This document shows positions 51,101-64,000 of a DNA stretch of 64,000 bases, piece after piece. The stretch's first letter is position 1, and each line of letters opens with the position of its first letter. The translations under genes and the position numbers were made by a program. The stretch is from positions 68,944,001 through 69,008,000 of the forward strand of contig OZ320314.1 in the NCBI GenBank assembly GCA_976226885.1, read 5' to 3'. This DNA is from Iphione sp. A-MEVVRFRX5 (taxonomy: Eukaryota). Under the pieces are notes generated by a model. That model was not told where the DNA came from, did no database searches, and saw nothing but the letters and a program-made list of their open reading frames with translations.

Positions 51101-53096
51101 TAAATGAATTAATTTGCCTTATTTCCTTCCTTTCTCTATGTGTGTATGCATGTGTGTGTACTGGGAGCACGGAGACTAGACCTATATCGCACTTCAAATC
51201 TACTGACATCACATACTCAGTTATTGATTCTACAAAGTAGGAAGACTAACGGAAAATCTTTACTCCAGAACTCCTCGCCATCAACGCCTAAAACATGCTA
51301 AACCGTATTACAACCACTTACAAGGCACAGTTTCGATCGATTTTATTTCTTCAATACTTGTTAACGAAAGGCGTAGGGTTCCTTGTGCCCATCCCCTATG
51401 TACACATATACCTCTATTAACTACATTTTATAGGCAGAGTATGGTCCATGATATGACTTTGTTGTCAGAAACGTCGTCATTGCCGGTATATTGAATCGCA
51501 TTTGTGATCGATATGAATCTTGTATTTCGAACGTGTGGTAAGGGGCTTACTATCGTTCGCTAGATAGGAGCTCCATTGATGGAGGATTTGTTAATAAAGG
51601 TTTACCTGCATGAACCTTGAGTCGCTCATGATTTTTAGTAAGCGAGAATGTATGTATTTCACGTGTATGTATATTGCTGTTCAAGGTTGGCATTGGACAG
51701 GTGACATGTATGACATGAGAATAAACCAAACTAGTCTCAACAAGAAAGTGACCTTGAAATCACCCGTTCAGTATTGATTAGAACCATCCAGATCTCAATC
51801 ACAGCATCCCTGAATTTACGGCTTTTTGCAATGCTGGTAAATATTCCGGACAAAGTTGTGCGTACACACTAGGAATGTTGGAAAGTTGCTCCCAACAAGG
51901 CTATCTCCGATAATTATGAAGCAAAGCCTACTGATTATTTCTTGCCAAGATGTTTAGCTGTCCTCTGCTGACACTGCGGAAGCTGCCCGGAATATTTCCC
52001 AGTGTGCCAAACCCATTTATTTCTTTGAGACGGACTGCCAAGTCATTTGTGGGAAATCATGGCGACGGTATTGGGTGCCTTTCTATGTTTTCTCCAGTCG
52101 TTTTTTTGGCTCGAGCTTCCATCATCTTTCTACTGAACACTATAATTATAATATAACTGTGCGAGTGTGCGTTCGTATGTCAATCAGATGAAGTGAACGT
52201 AACCACACACCACTTTGAATACAAAGGTAGCTTCTCAAAAGTAGTGGACCAATCGTCTAGATTATTACCATTACACGTACTTCATTTGTTATCTCTTCAA
52301 ATGGCCACCGTCCTTATAATCGTGTAGCTAGCAGTGTCTTGTCCAGTATTTCATCTGGCGATACCCCCGTAACGTCCCCTTCAAAAAGAATAATCTGAGT
52401 GTCAACACAATCACCCTATTGCCATCCCTAGAGCTTACATTGATCTGTACATGTCAGGAGGTAGGCTGCCGGTTATAGACGCCTGGGGGGAACCTCTTGT
52501 CGAGGCCCTGGATCAATCATGCCCTTATTTAATGCCGCTACCCCCCAGGTTACCACTCCTGCCTCTGCATCTCAATTGAAAATCATTGGCCAGTCGATAC
52601 AATTAGCACGCCCGAAAGACATCAAATCCTTGCAAGATGGCTTGCAAACAAATGGATCGATAGATACCACTGGAGGACTTAAGCACAGTGGCTGGAGGTG
52701 GGGTGGTCCCTCTCAGGGGGCCTTATCCTTCTTCAGTTTCGCTCCTCTCCCGTCTTAAGTACCATAGAAAACTGAACACCAAACCTTCGTGGGCGTCCGA
52801 CCCTTTATGTTAAAGTAGAACCCATCGGACGGTCACGGTAACATTGAAACCATTCAACCACTTTAGATACCATACAGAACATAGAAAACCTTTCAACGAC
52901 AAAAAAAAACCGCTCCGGCAGAGGTCACCAGATAATCTGTATTCCCTCAGCTAGCTTGGATGTGATATTGAAACCAGATTTACGTTAGGAAAAATGATAT
53001 CATTATAGGTTTCCCCTGCAGGCAGAAAGTATAACTGAATGGTCAACAAAATATGTCCGTTTGGTGCATCCTTCACATCCTAGCTTTAGTGGATTA

Positions 53097-53497
53097 GGCT
53101 GGGTTTCCATGTGTGCATGTGGGCATGTCAGTGTGTTTATAAGCATGTTGGGTTGGCTGTTTTAAAGAAAAAAATGTTTTCACCAAGATAAATTTGCACC
53201 TTGCTAATCCAATAAGTACTGTATACATGCCAGGAAGTGTGTTTTTGGCATGTTTTCAGGTTATACATCTACTCTTATTGATAGCCAAAAAAAATGCCAA
53301 AAACATGCACCATGTTCACAGCGAAATGGGACAACTAAGTCCCATTAGAAAAACATAGCCCATGTAGACACAGGACATGGGACACAGGCCATGTTTCCAT
53401 GGAAACATGCATACATGTATATGTGTGTATTCCCCGAAAACACACTGAAAACATGCCCACATGCCTTGAGCCTACATGCTTACAGGAAAACCCAGCC
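53097..53497. mobile_element. 401-bp PIF/Harbinger-type (Tourist-like) MITE with long imperfect TIRs and TTA target duplication
   Basis: TTA|GGCTGGGTTTCC..GCATGTGGGCATGT-CAGTGTGTTT is inverted to AAACACACTG..ACATGCCCACATGC..GGAAAACCCAGCC|TTA. Also contains internal inverted repeats. Confidence 0.8.
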
Positions 53498-55876
53498 TTA
53501 TAATACATACCAAATAAATGTGTCAATTTGTCCAAGGCAGTTATGTGAGCAAAACAAAATTCTGACAAATGTAGAGACCAAATGCAGAAAGAGGTCTCCT
53601 CTAATCCACGTTTATCACTATGAGATAGTGATTTCGAAATTCACCTTATAAAACTATGTGTACATGAACATGAGCATATACGGAGTATGCAGGAAGAACG
53701 AATTACGATTTATTTAGAAATCAGCACTGACTGTATCTGCAAATACAATGGACACATAATTTTTTTCACCCGGGCAACCACAGTACTATGATAACTTATC
53801 TTAATGCTCCAAAATACTTCAGTACATGTATATTTATGGTATGCTAGTCTACATAATCTCACTGAGGGCATACCGGGTTCCCTCTATCGTACTAGCTGCT
53901 AATCTGTGATATATTTCCCTAAAGTCTGATTTTATCATCGGTAAAACTGTCTCACTGAAGTGAAGATAAAAGAAATATGGTATATTAATGTAATGGTATT
54001 ATCTACACTGTAAGTGGAAGTACATTTATACAACCAATTTTCCGTCAAGTTATGACAACTTGCAACTTAAGCATTATGGCCATTGCTAAGTGATGACCAG
54101 TCAATTCAGCCGTCCATGGATTTTCCATAAGTTCAGTCTAGTGCCACTTTAAAACAATGCACCCATCACCAAGTGATTTAATATGAATCACTATACTAAA
54201 CAATATATTTCGATGTATACAACGTACATATCCGCTGGTGTAAGTGATCAGGGGGAACCTTAGGAATGTAGTTGTGCAACCCTCTATCTTAACTCTTACC
54301 ATATGAACTTTGTGGATAGAATAGCTCTCTATCTGTCGGAGATAAACGACCACAATTTGGGGAAATAACAGCTTATAATGGGTTCCTGACACAGTAAAAA
54401 TTTGGCTGGGGTTGAAAAAGTATGTTCAAAATTATACTGTTTTTTTTCTAAAGACCTTGCAGAAATCTCTCTTTCTCTTGGAGATCGATTGCTAAAATTA
54501 CCAACCCAAGTTTTAAAAGAACCAAACATGTGTGTATAAATACCACAGAGGAAACCACAGACTACAACAAAAACCAGTCTAGTCCCACAGGTGGTCTCCT
54601 AAGCAAGAGTAAACTGTAATAGTTTGGAAGAGATGCTTTTGCAGTAAAATTTGAGGTCAGATTGGACAAAAACCCTTGAAGCTACCTTTTCCCCTTTATT
54701 GTAGGTGCCGCGAAAGACGTATCATTTAGACCGCACTCTGTACAGTAGAAACCCTCTACTGTGACCACTGGAGGGTCCACCTGATTCTTCGCTTAATGAG
54801 GATTTGTCTTTAAAATAAGGTTGATTATCTTAATCATATAGAATTGGGAATGAAAAAAAATTAATTAATTAATTAATTCTGAGTCTGGCTACTAATTAAA
54901 TTGCATCACATGATGAGTTGCTACTTTGTTATTTTTCAAATCAGAGATACAGAACGAGTAACACTAGTTGCTGCTATATAAGCTGGCAAAGTATACTTCA
55001 ATGACGGTTTTGTTCCAAATTTTGTTCACGATGCAATAGCAAATGTGACAATAACAGCTTTTGAATTCCATTCGTTAACAATCACATCTAAAAACAATCT
55101 AATCAATAAAGCAGTTGCACTAATATACTTGATATGTGGTTCCACGAAGGAGAAAAAATTCATCTTATCTTTACGTGGCTTAAGCTTTGCACTTGGTGTA
55201 TTTATATGATTGAAAGAGAGCATACATGTACGTGTTTCTATATTTTCTACCATACAGAAAAGATGATCAATCACGTCACAGGTAGCCACGTGCTCGACCT
55301 GTTGCTATGCGTAACCATAACAAGCGCCGCCATCTTGAATGCTAATTATATGCGCTTATTTCCCACGCCCTCGTACATGCACCGAGGTTAATAATACAAT
55401 CAAGATCTATACATATGATAAATGTCTTCTTTAAGTATCAATCACCGGCTCGGATTCTTGATGTGACTGGGTTGAATGGACTTATTACTCGTGGGGCTGC
55501 GCAGCGGAAACCCACCCAATAGTATCACGTGTTAACCGGCGATTTGATAAACTATGTCACTATCAGAGAAACCACAACAGACCTAGCGCGACAACAAAAA
55601 AAGTAGACGGGTTGGATTCAATAAACTAGTTTCCCTCAGTTAATTTTCAAGATAAGCGTATAAAGACAGTTCAAACGGCACATGTGAGTCGTTTATACAA
55701 AAAAAATTAACATGATGTACAGAAAATCTAGCCTGCCCATGTGATATGTGCCCTAGAGCATGTTGACAGGTCCCTGACAGCAAATCAACAACCAGAAAAT
55801 CAATACACTGTACAGTGACCAGTGGTGACACGGTCAGAGCCTGACGCTGGATCAGGCCAGTTTCACGTGTACATAC

Positions 55877-56375
55877 CTTGCCTTTGAGAGCGCTTCCTAT
55901 GGAAGGGTGTATGGCGAGGCCTTTGTGGCCCTTGGCGGCTTCCAGCTCCCCGATGCCATCCACGGTTCCAAGGGTAAGGCGCCTCCGCGGCTTGACGGGA
56001 GGGCCTGTTCCAGCAGGGATCCGTGCCACATAGTGCTTGGGCCCGGCGGCCTGCGACCGTGGCCGCTGCCCGTTCCCTGGCCCGGCGGCCGTCGAGGCGG
56101 TGGCTGTCGACGGGCGAACATTGGTGTCATATAGTCCCGTTGAGAACTGCGGGTGTGTCTGGAGTTGGGCCGTCGCCGAGGACGGCCGAATCTTTTTCTT
56201 GGTCGGGTTGGGAGCCGTTCCAGGCGGCATGGCGTAGTCCGCGTAGTCAGTTTCAGCGAGGAGGTTAAGAAGTCGACGCTCAGTGTTGGTCACAGAAGGT
56301 CCCGACTTCTTCCATAACTTACTCCGACCGAATAACGTCTGCCCGAGTGTGGCATACGTCTCGGGATTCATGCGC
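55877..56375 (-). CDS. Large N-terminal coding exon of gene A (MNPETYATLGQTLFGRSKLWKK...SALKGK)
   Basis: Acceptor actttgcctctctag|GCGCATG at 56375 and donor AAG|gtatgt at 55877 (165 codons from ATG 56371, phase 0). GC-rich. The rest of the ORF (55640-55876) is intronic read-through. Confidence 0.9.
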
Positions 56376-57679
56376 CTAGAGAGGCAAAGTGCAACAGTAT
56401 TGAGCTAGAATCACATGTACACAATTTAAGAAAACAGACACTGAGGCGTTAAAGTGAGAAAACACGAGGCAAAAATATCAAAAGTGTATTTGTTTCCTAT
56501 AAATCATTTTGTTTAAACACTTGGTGGGTTATTTGTCCAGGGACTATCTCTGTTTGCACCTGCCTTAATTACGTGTGAGAGCTACATGCGCCAACACGAC
56601 CGAGCGTTAAGCACCGCCACTGAGGGCTACCAGTGAACTCCGGCACTGGATCCGACCAAACTACATACTGTCTACAAGCACATAGAAGGGGCTACAGGCA
56701 GGGTCTGCCAGAGGGGCATATACTAAGATATGAGTGACAAAACTGCGTCAAAGCTGTACCATTAACAAAACACTGTACAGAACACTCACCCAGTCACTGT
56801 TCACCGTACATGTACAATACAATATGAGTCATAGAACATCAACTACATGTATAGTATACATGTAAATACCTAACTAAACTGAATTTGCACATGACTTAGT
56901 TAGTTGATTGCTTGGATTAGTCCTGAGTCAATTTTGACATATATCATGTTTCTAATATGTATATGTCTGGATAAGAACCTTGTAAAAGAGTTTGGATGGG
57001 AAAAAGGAGTTTCTTAGGAACAACATTTACATGAATCGCTACTAGAATTGTTTAGTCTGTACAGAAATAGGGATGCCTCGGATGGAGAATGGTGCGGTAG
57101 TGATACTTTAGATAGAAGCTTCAACGTCATTATACAACTAGCTGAACTTCAGCAACAAATATAAATATAAACTTCATGTGCAGCTATGGATCTGAATAAT
57201 GGATGTCTGTTCTACACCTCCAGGCCTAAGACCTTGATCCTTTGCACTGAAGGACACATAGAGATATACACAGCACTCCCTGTTTGGAGCTCAGTGGAAC
57301 AAATCTAGTCTACATTCTTCAAAGGTAGGGTGCAGTCTGGAGCACTGGGGATATGTTTGGTCTGTGTCTCCAATATACAGGGCGGTCTAGAGCTTGAGGA
57401 GACATGTCCTGCCAATGTCCCTAACATGTATTATACAATTTCCAGTACAATGGGACATGTCAAAAGTACATTTAAAGCACAGAGCAGTGTCGGGCACAGT
57501 GGGACATGTTTGGTCCGTGTGCCCAGCAAGTGTGGTGCAGTGTGGAGCATAACAGGACATGTCCAGTCTGCATGTCTCACGTCAAATGGAGCCCTCTCCT
57601 AACCAAAAACAGAACATATACCTCCCAAATACCACGACCCAACAAACAATGTACCTAACATAACAACAAAAGTCCAAAA

Positions 57680-57890
57680 TCCTCCCCAACTACAGGCACA
57701 CGTGTACCATGTCCATGTACCTGAACTCCAGATCCTACACTCCCCTACAAGCACACACCTGCACTGCAAGCCCCTCTCCCACTACAGGTACACACCATGT
57801 ACTTGCAACCCAGACCCCTTCCTTCCAACTACGGGCAAACACTGCTATCCTGCACTCCAAACCCTTTCCCCATGACAGGCACACGGCTGG
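57680..57890. repeat. Degenerate minisatellite (about 40-50 bp unit, CCC(A)ACTACAGGCACAC core)
   Basis: About five diverged copies seen by eye. Confidence 0.55.
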
Positions 57891-58279
57891 TAACACAAAG
57901 GCCACGCCCCCACTCAAAAGGCTACTCGACGTAGTGCTCAACGTCCTCCCTTTGTGATGCTACCGTGAACAAAAAAAACACTCAAAAGACAATAATATAG
58001 ACAATCAAGATCAATCAAATACAGTCGAGGAAATTTACAGCTTTACCACCCACCTAAAAGAGGAGGCAAAATCCAATCACATCAAAGGAGAATTTGTGTG
58101 CTTCGTAGAGTGTAGGTCTTACAACTATATATGGTAAGATACTGGCCCCACAGATAAAACTTGTGACACTGAAATACAAATAATACAATAAGGACACAGA
58201 CAATTTTCATTTCATAAATACGACGGTAATATAAAAAATCATCTGCACATTTCAGCGCAAGCTAACCATGAACTGTTTA

Positions 58280-58528
58280 GGCGTAAAAAATATGTTTCTG
58301 GTAACATGATGAAAAAATGTTGGATCAGTCGGAGGGTCACTATTTTTATCTTTTAATAAAATATATAACCATATTAAAAAAAGTGACCTAAGGCACAATT
58401 TGCTGTGTCGTACATGTTTCTATCCTTATTCATCGTGAATATATTTTTAAAAGAAGAAAAAAAGTTACAATTGGCTCTAATGTGGGGTTGGCCGGTTACC
58501 AGAAAAACAAAACTTTTATTATTAGGCC
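58280..58528. mobile_element. Degenerate Harbinger-like MITE (TTA-flanked)
   Basis: TTA|GGCGTAAAAAATATGTTTCTGGTAAC is partly inverted to GTTACCAGAAAAACAAAACTTTTATTATTAGGCC|TTA. Confidence 0.45.
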
Positions 58529-58769
58529 TTATCATGAGTGTACACAGTCATGCAATATGAATTACACTGGTGCCCCATAAAATACTCAGCCCGAAATACA
58601 AAGTGTTTACTGACCAGTCCGACTTTTTAACTTTGAGAAACGGATCTGACAAGTCTACTTAAGCACGAAACCAAGTAATAGTGACAAATGGTCAACGCGT
58701 GCCTCTTAAGACGTGCAGATAACTAGATGAATGGATAGACTGGCTCTAACTATTCATATTCATTCAAAC

Positions 58770-58865
58770 AGAAAGACATATAGACAGACAGACAGACAGG
58801 AAGACAGTACAAAATAAACAGAAAAACTGACTGACAGACAGACAGACAAACAGACAAAAAGACCG
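58770..58865. repeat. Imperfect (AGAC)n microsatellite
   Basis: Seen directly. Confidence 0.85.
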
Positions 58866-59335
58866 TCCGAAGGACACGAGGACTGACAGATTATATAACC
58901 ATGGCTTCTTAGAACAGGGATCGTCCCCAGAAGTCTCCTGTGGCCACCAATGCCCTCTCGTGACCCATGAGACCATCATCGGCCTCCTATGGCTATGCTC
59001 ATCTTTGATAACAACACACTGCCACCACCTTCTTAAGCACCTTTATAGACTGGCCATTAAACTTTGGGATGAAGCGCCTTGAACTAGATGTGAGCGTCTA
59101 AGTGTACATTGAGGAGCTATCCAAGTTTACATTTGGTATTTGTAACAGACATAGTATTGCCGTGACAACTGTCACTATCAATTCACCGATCGCTTCTAGT
59201 GACTGATAATTTTATTGACCAATCAGAGTGTGCCTCTCAAATGTGGAGGGAGTTGGACTAATGATTTCAATGACCCACACAAGATCGTGCTGGTGTGTTT
59301 GTATGACATTTGTTCGAAGATACTAAGCCCTCCAG

Positions 59336-59602
59336 TATTTTGACTCTTCTTGTGAGCTATGTTTGCTCCACACATACAGTAATATGACTGAAGAACAGGA
59401 GTTGGACAAAAATCCCACAAAACTTTAGGTTGGACATGATCCATCAACACAGGGCCCTCACTACAATATATTTTGACTCCCTTGTGAGCGCTATTTGCTC
59501 CCTGTATACAGTCAGAGGACTAAAGAAAAGGAGTAAGGATTAAAGTCCCACAAAACTTTAGTTAGGAGATGATCCATAAACACAGGGGCCTACCTATAAT
59601 AT
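59336..59602. repeat. Tandem duplication, two diverged copies of about 133 bp
   Basis: attttgactc..cttgtgagc..tttgctcc..tacagt..gact.aaga.aggagt..tcccacaaaacttta..ga.atgatccat.aacacaggg.c occurs twice in tandem. Confidence 0.85.
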
Positions 59603-59839
59603 CCATATAACGACTGCCTATGTACCTACCAGTACCCACCTTCCCATACATCTACCTGTCTGCCCTTCAAACCACTTGTCAGCTCACATACACATTTGTC
59701 TCCTGACAAATCTGCTCACCCAGGGTTGCCAAGTAACTTACTGGAAGTCGACATTCACATCGCCTGCTTTGCTTCAATTGCAAAGAAAGAGAGAGGGAGA
59801 GAACAATAAAGAGAGAGAATTTAGGGCTCCACACATGTA

Positions 59840-60032
59840 NNNNNNNNNNNNNNNNNNNNNNNNNNNNNNNNNNNNNNNNNNNNNNNNNNNNNNNNNNNNN
59901 NNNNNNNNNNNNNNNNNNNNNNNNNNNNNNNNNNNNNNNNNNNNNNNNNNNNNNNNNNNNNNNNNNNNNNNNNNNNNNNNNNNNNNNNNNNNNNNNNNNN
60001 NNNNNNNNNNNNNNNNNNNNNNNNNNNNNNNN
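59840..60032. other. Assembly gap (193 N)
   Basis: Run of N. Confidence 1.
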
Positions 60033-61002
60033 AGCGTAAGAATAATACCTCACACATTCCTCAGCAATATTTGACTCTTTATATTAATGGCGTCAATCAA
60101 CTCCAACCCCCACCCCCTCTTAAGTGAATGGACCCCGGCAAAAGCCGTACACATTTTCCCTTCTGACTAGGAGCACCCAAAGACCACTAACTAGGATTTA
60201 TCAACCAGGCTGCTTTTGTCAGGATAAGCTAGGTCATATATTTGACCGATTTGGGTATGTGGTAATAAGGTATGCCTAAGCAGGCCCTAGGCATACTTTA
60301 CCTTAAATTGTTATTTAACCAGCTGGCACAAACACTATAGAGCACCAGATGAAAAACATCAAAATTTTATTAACTTCATCGCTAGATAAAATGTATCAAA
60401 TGTTTTAACTGTTCGTCTTTTCTATTTATCTGTGCATGTCTCTACTTTGTGAACCCATTGTACTTTACATTACAGTTGAAGGTGACAGTATCCTGAACGC
60501 TTTCTGACTTGAGCATACTGAATTTTTATGCGAATGCCAAAAGCAGCTGACTCTACTGCCTCTCTATAAGATTGTGTGGTGACCTGGCAACCACCTTGGG
60601 GGTGCAAACAACCCCTAGCAAGAATACATAGCAGTTTAGTTTAAAGATTAGAATATATTAAATACACTGTGTAAAAATGTACAATGTATGGTTAGACTAC
60701 AGAATTATAGAATCGTGTTAACTATGAATAGACATTTGCATTTGTATTTAAACAAAATATTTTATGCAGTAATAAGTTTTTTAAGCAAGCTTAAAGATAG
60801 CAAACTACCCTATTATCACTCGCTTTGTAAAACCTCTAACAAAACATAAATAAACCATGCTATGATGAAAATTACCCCTAGAACATAGTCAAGACATAGA
60901 CAAAAAGCACAACAGTATGTATATTTGAAGAAGACAATTCCATATTTATTTGTTGCCAAGGTTTTGACAAGTTGTTTGCACCTCCTACATGTAAAAAATA
61001 CG

Positions 61003-61012
61003 ACCGGAAGTG
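61003..61012 (+). promoter_or_regulatory. ETS-family consensus site ACCGGAAGTG in a small CpG-rich patch; possible promoter element
   Basis: Perfect match to the GABPA/ELK consensus, 4.6 kb upstream of the 56.4 kb exon. A single motif only. Confidence 0.3.
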
Positions 61013-63280
61013 GCCGACGCGACCGCCTCAATAGGTAGTGTAATTAGTAAAACTATGTATTCTACAGGACTGGTACACAGATTGGTGAAGTTGCTTATAT
61101 AAAGGCTCCAAGCTCAACATGTCCCCGGAGGAGCTCCAGTTATGACTGTTGTTCTTTGGTCTGCTTCACATATTCAACATAAGGCATAAACAAGTCATTA
61201 GGGACATTGAGTCTGTATCGTTCATTGGCTATAATGGTTAACGACACTTCTGACAGCAAATTTCGGTAAGCCTCAGCTTAAGCCTGAGGTTCTATAGTAC
61301 CCGTGAATATCTTAATGCACGTATCGGCTAAAAATGCTCTAAAAGACTGGTAAGTCTGATGAAAAAATATTTTGATGATCCCAAAAGCTTCCTTTATATA
61401 CATTTTACAAATGACGTCAAGCTGAAAGGAGAACTGTGGCTTACAATGCAGAAATATATTGCAGGGGTGGGCAACCCGTTGCATTTTGCAAAAAAAGCGT
61501 GCAACACAGGCCTTAAAAAATGTGACAATTTTCTTTCCATACCCACTGATTGAGTGCTGAAATACCTTTCTTTTGCCACAAAGGCATGAATGCTACAACT
61601 TTTCTTTCTAGGCCCAGCTCTGTTTTGAAATCAACGAGTAGCCAAGCAGGTGCTTTCGGTCCCTTATAACTACATGTACGTAGCAATAAGCTACTTTTTG
61701 TCGGAGGTTAAGCCTAACTAAGATAGGTTCAAGAAATGTCATGAAAGATTGAATATGAACAGCGTCGAAACGATAGAGCGGGATTGTCCATCTATTATGG
61801 ATGAGAATGAGTGTCTTTCCAACCTGGCCTACAACTCATTTATTGATGTATCGTTCGAAGTAATGATGAAAAGCAAGTTGGCTCTTTCCCATGGAGAGAA
61901 GCACAAATACAAGAAACTGCCGTAATGTTGGTACATTTTCCCATAAGGTTGTCCCATATCGACCCTGTAATAGCAAATGGCAGATTGCACGTCGATCACC
62001 CGCCACCTCTGGGACCATTTTAAATATTGAAAAGCAGAACTGACATGCCATTGACTTCAAGTATCTCTGCACACTTCGTGACAAGGATTTCCTTGATACA
62101 TGTATGTGGCAACATACCCGGCAATAATGCAAAATTATTCCTTGTACAGCATTTCATTGACTAACTGTATAATTATATCAAATAAGAGAATGAATAGGTG
62201 GTGTTAACCAGTAAAAGGCCAAGCAAACGTTTTCTAAAAGCGCAATGTCAAAACTCATTTTCAATTAGGCCTATTAAAAAATATTATTACACAGTTTTTT
62301 TGCCAATATCTTGGTGATAAATTAGGCTTTAGACTCACAAAATACACTATTTTCTTCATTAGGCTCCCAGCGTAAGTCCCATTAAGATCCAAGTATATGA
62401 TATAAGTTTCATTCAGACCTAAGTAGTAGAAGAAGTAGTTTCAGGTGATTAACACTGAAAAAATTCTTTAAAAAACTACCTACCGACCCTACATTTTCTA
62501 TGCATGTTACTGGAAACAGATATTTTTTAGGTGTTAGTAGAATCTGACTCGGAATGATTGCGTGAACTATAGCACAAGGGCGACAGCCTGAGTGATTTTT
62601 ATTTGTCACATAAGCGTCCCAGTCAGGATTTTATCTACATGTAAATTAAAGGACCCCCCACCCCCTTTAACTGAGCAATTTGCAGGTCATGTCAAGAGAA
62701 ATGGGTCCTCTAAGTTGACGGAGTTGTGGGCAGAGATCTTCTTTGCTTGACCACACATCTTTGGATGGTATTTGGAGGTATACTTATCAAATTCAGCACA
62801 TTTTGGACTCTTACTCACAAAATTCAGCACTGTTAGGACTTTAGCGGTCCTAGCAATTGTCTAAGGAAGTTGGCTGAGAGAGAGGGAGAAGGGGAGTGCA
62901 TTTCCAGGTTTGACCCCACCTGTCTAAGGTGAGAGAGAGAGGGACATGGGATGACCAATGCCTGGGGCAACCACCAGTATTTGTAAAGAATCTATAAAGT
63001 AATTAACACTGTTATAATCTGGAAAAAGTGTGTGTGTGGTCTCCCCTCACATTAATGAATAAAAAAAGGAAATTTACCAAAGGTTATGCTAAACATCCCT
63101 TCATGTATAAACGGCAAATTTTACCAGAAGTACCAATAATGATACCGCTTGATAAACGATCAATGAATGCAAGAATAATGCTGTAACTATTGTGCAGTCT
63201 CTGTGGCCTAGTGGGCAAGAGCATTGGCACCCATATAAGCTTTGTATAGACAGTGCAAGGCATGTGGCCGATCTAAGTTT

Positions 63281-63410
63281 NNNNNNNNNNNNNNNNNNNN
63301 NNNNNNNNNNNNNNNNNNNNNNNNNNNNNNNNNNNNNNNNNNNNNNNNNNNNNNNNNNNNNNNNNNNNNNNNNNNNNNNNNNNNNNNNNNNNNNNNNNNN
63401 NNNNNNNNNN
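63281..63410. other. Assembly gap (130 N)
   Basis: Run of N. Confidence 1.
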
Positions 63411-64000
63411 TTTGAATTTGTAATAGACTTTTTTCTGGCAATGATAATACATTGTAGTATGTGTTTTCCAAAGTGAAAAATGATCATAGTAGAAAAAAAT
63501 ATGATAGAAAAGCACTTGGATGCGATCTGTTTGTATACACGTGCATATCTACTTCACATAGTTACCCATCTTACTGACGAAATGTGAGCTCTTTAGAAAT
63601 CATTATTTATACTTCTCTCATGTGCAGGCCAATGGCCTGTATTTACTGTGACATTCACTGGAATATAGACACATATATAGATAGCTAGATTAAGAATAGT
63701 GATAATAATATTAAACTACAAATTTAATGGTCACAACTGTTATGATTGTACAGGTCAATGACCTGGCAATTGTTACCCAGGCATAGCGAGGCTTGTCTAT
63801 GCAGGTCGATGACCTTTAATTATTATCTAGACACACACACAGACACACACAAAACATACTATCTATACAATGGAATAACATGAAAATACTTGAAACACAT
63901 AGAGAAAAGGGTAGCAGGCGTGCTTTAAAGGAAAATAAATAACTATTTTAGGGCAAAAAGAATTACAAATTTATATATGGTGTAGTGTGGGAGGAATACG

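Noticed and set aside
55640-55876. C-terminal part of the 243-aa ORF as coding
   Set aside because: It lies past the AAG|gtatgt donor, and composition shifts to AT-rich intron-like sequence.

Overview
This is eukaryotic (metazoan) genomic DNA from a draft assembly with three N-gaps, not prokaryotic. It has spliceosomal GT-AG exon structure, GC3-rich exons in AT-rich introns and strong TACATGTA enrichment. That fits a marine invertebrate such as a lancelet, but the taxon is inferred. The window appears to hold two intron-rich minus-strand genes whose products I cannot name. Gene A has large low-complexity exons at 55877-56375 and 35612-36205, several small candidate exons, and a well-fitting 3' end (21611-21705 spliced to 20167-20227, then AATAAA). 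Gene B has large disordered exons at 11653-12714, 8530-9427 and 5574-6980, plus candidate downstream exons. Introns hold transposon relics: a degraded, internally deleted DIRS-type (tyrosine recombinase) retrotransposon at 43.5-46.7 kb with terminal and internal inverted repeats, a second DIRS right end at the window start, two CR1/L2-like endonuclease relics, pogo/Tigger-like and Harbinger-like MITEs and a probable tRNA-derived SINE. The most notable observation is that the 12 kb and 9 kb exons of gene B share an ordered set of motifs and cannot splice directly in frame, which suggests duplicated alternative first exons. I found no CRISPR array, rRNA or intact tRNA, and no convincing evidence of a wholly new biological system. 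All splice and homology calls were made by eye.
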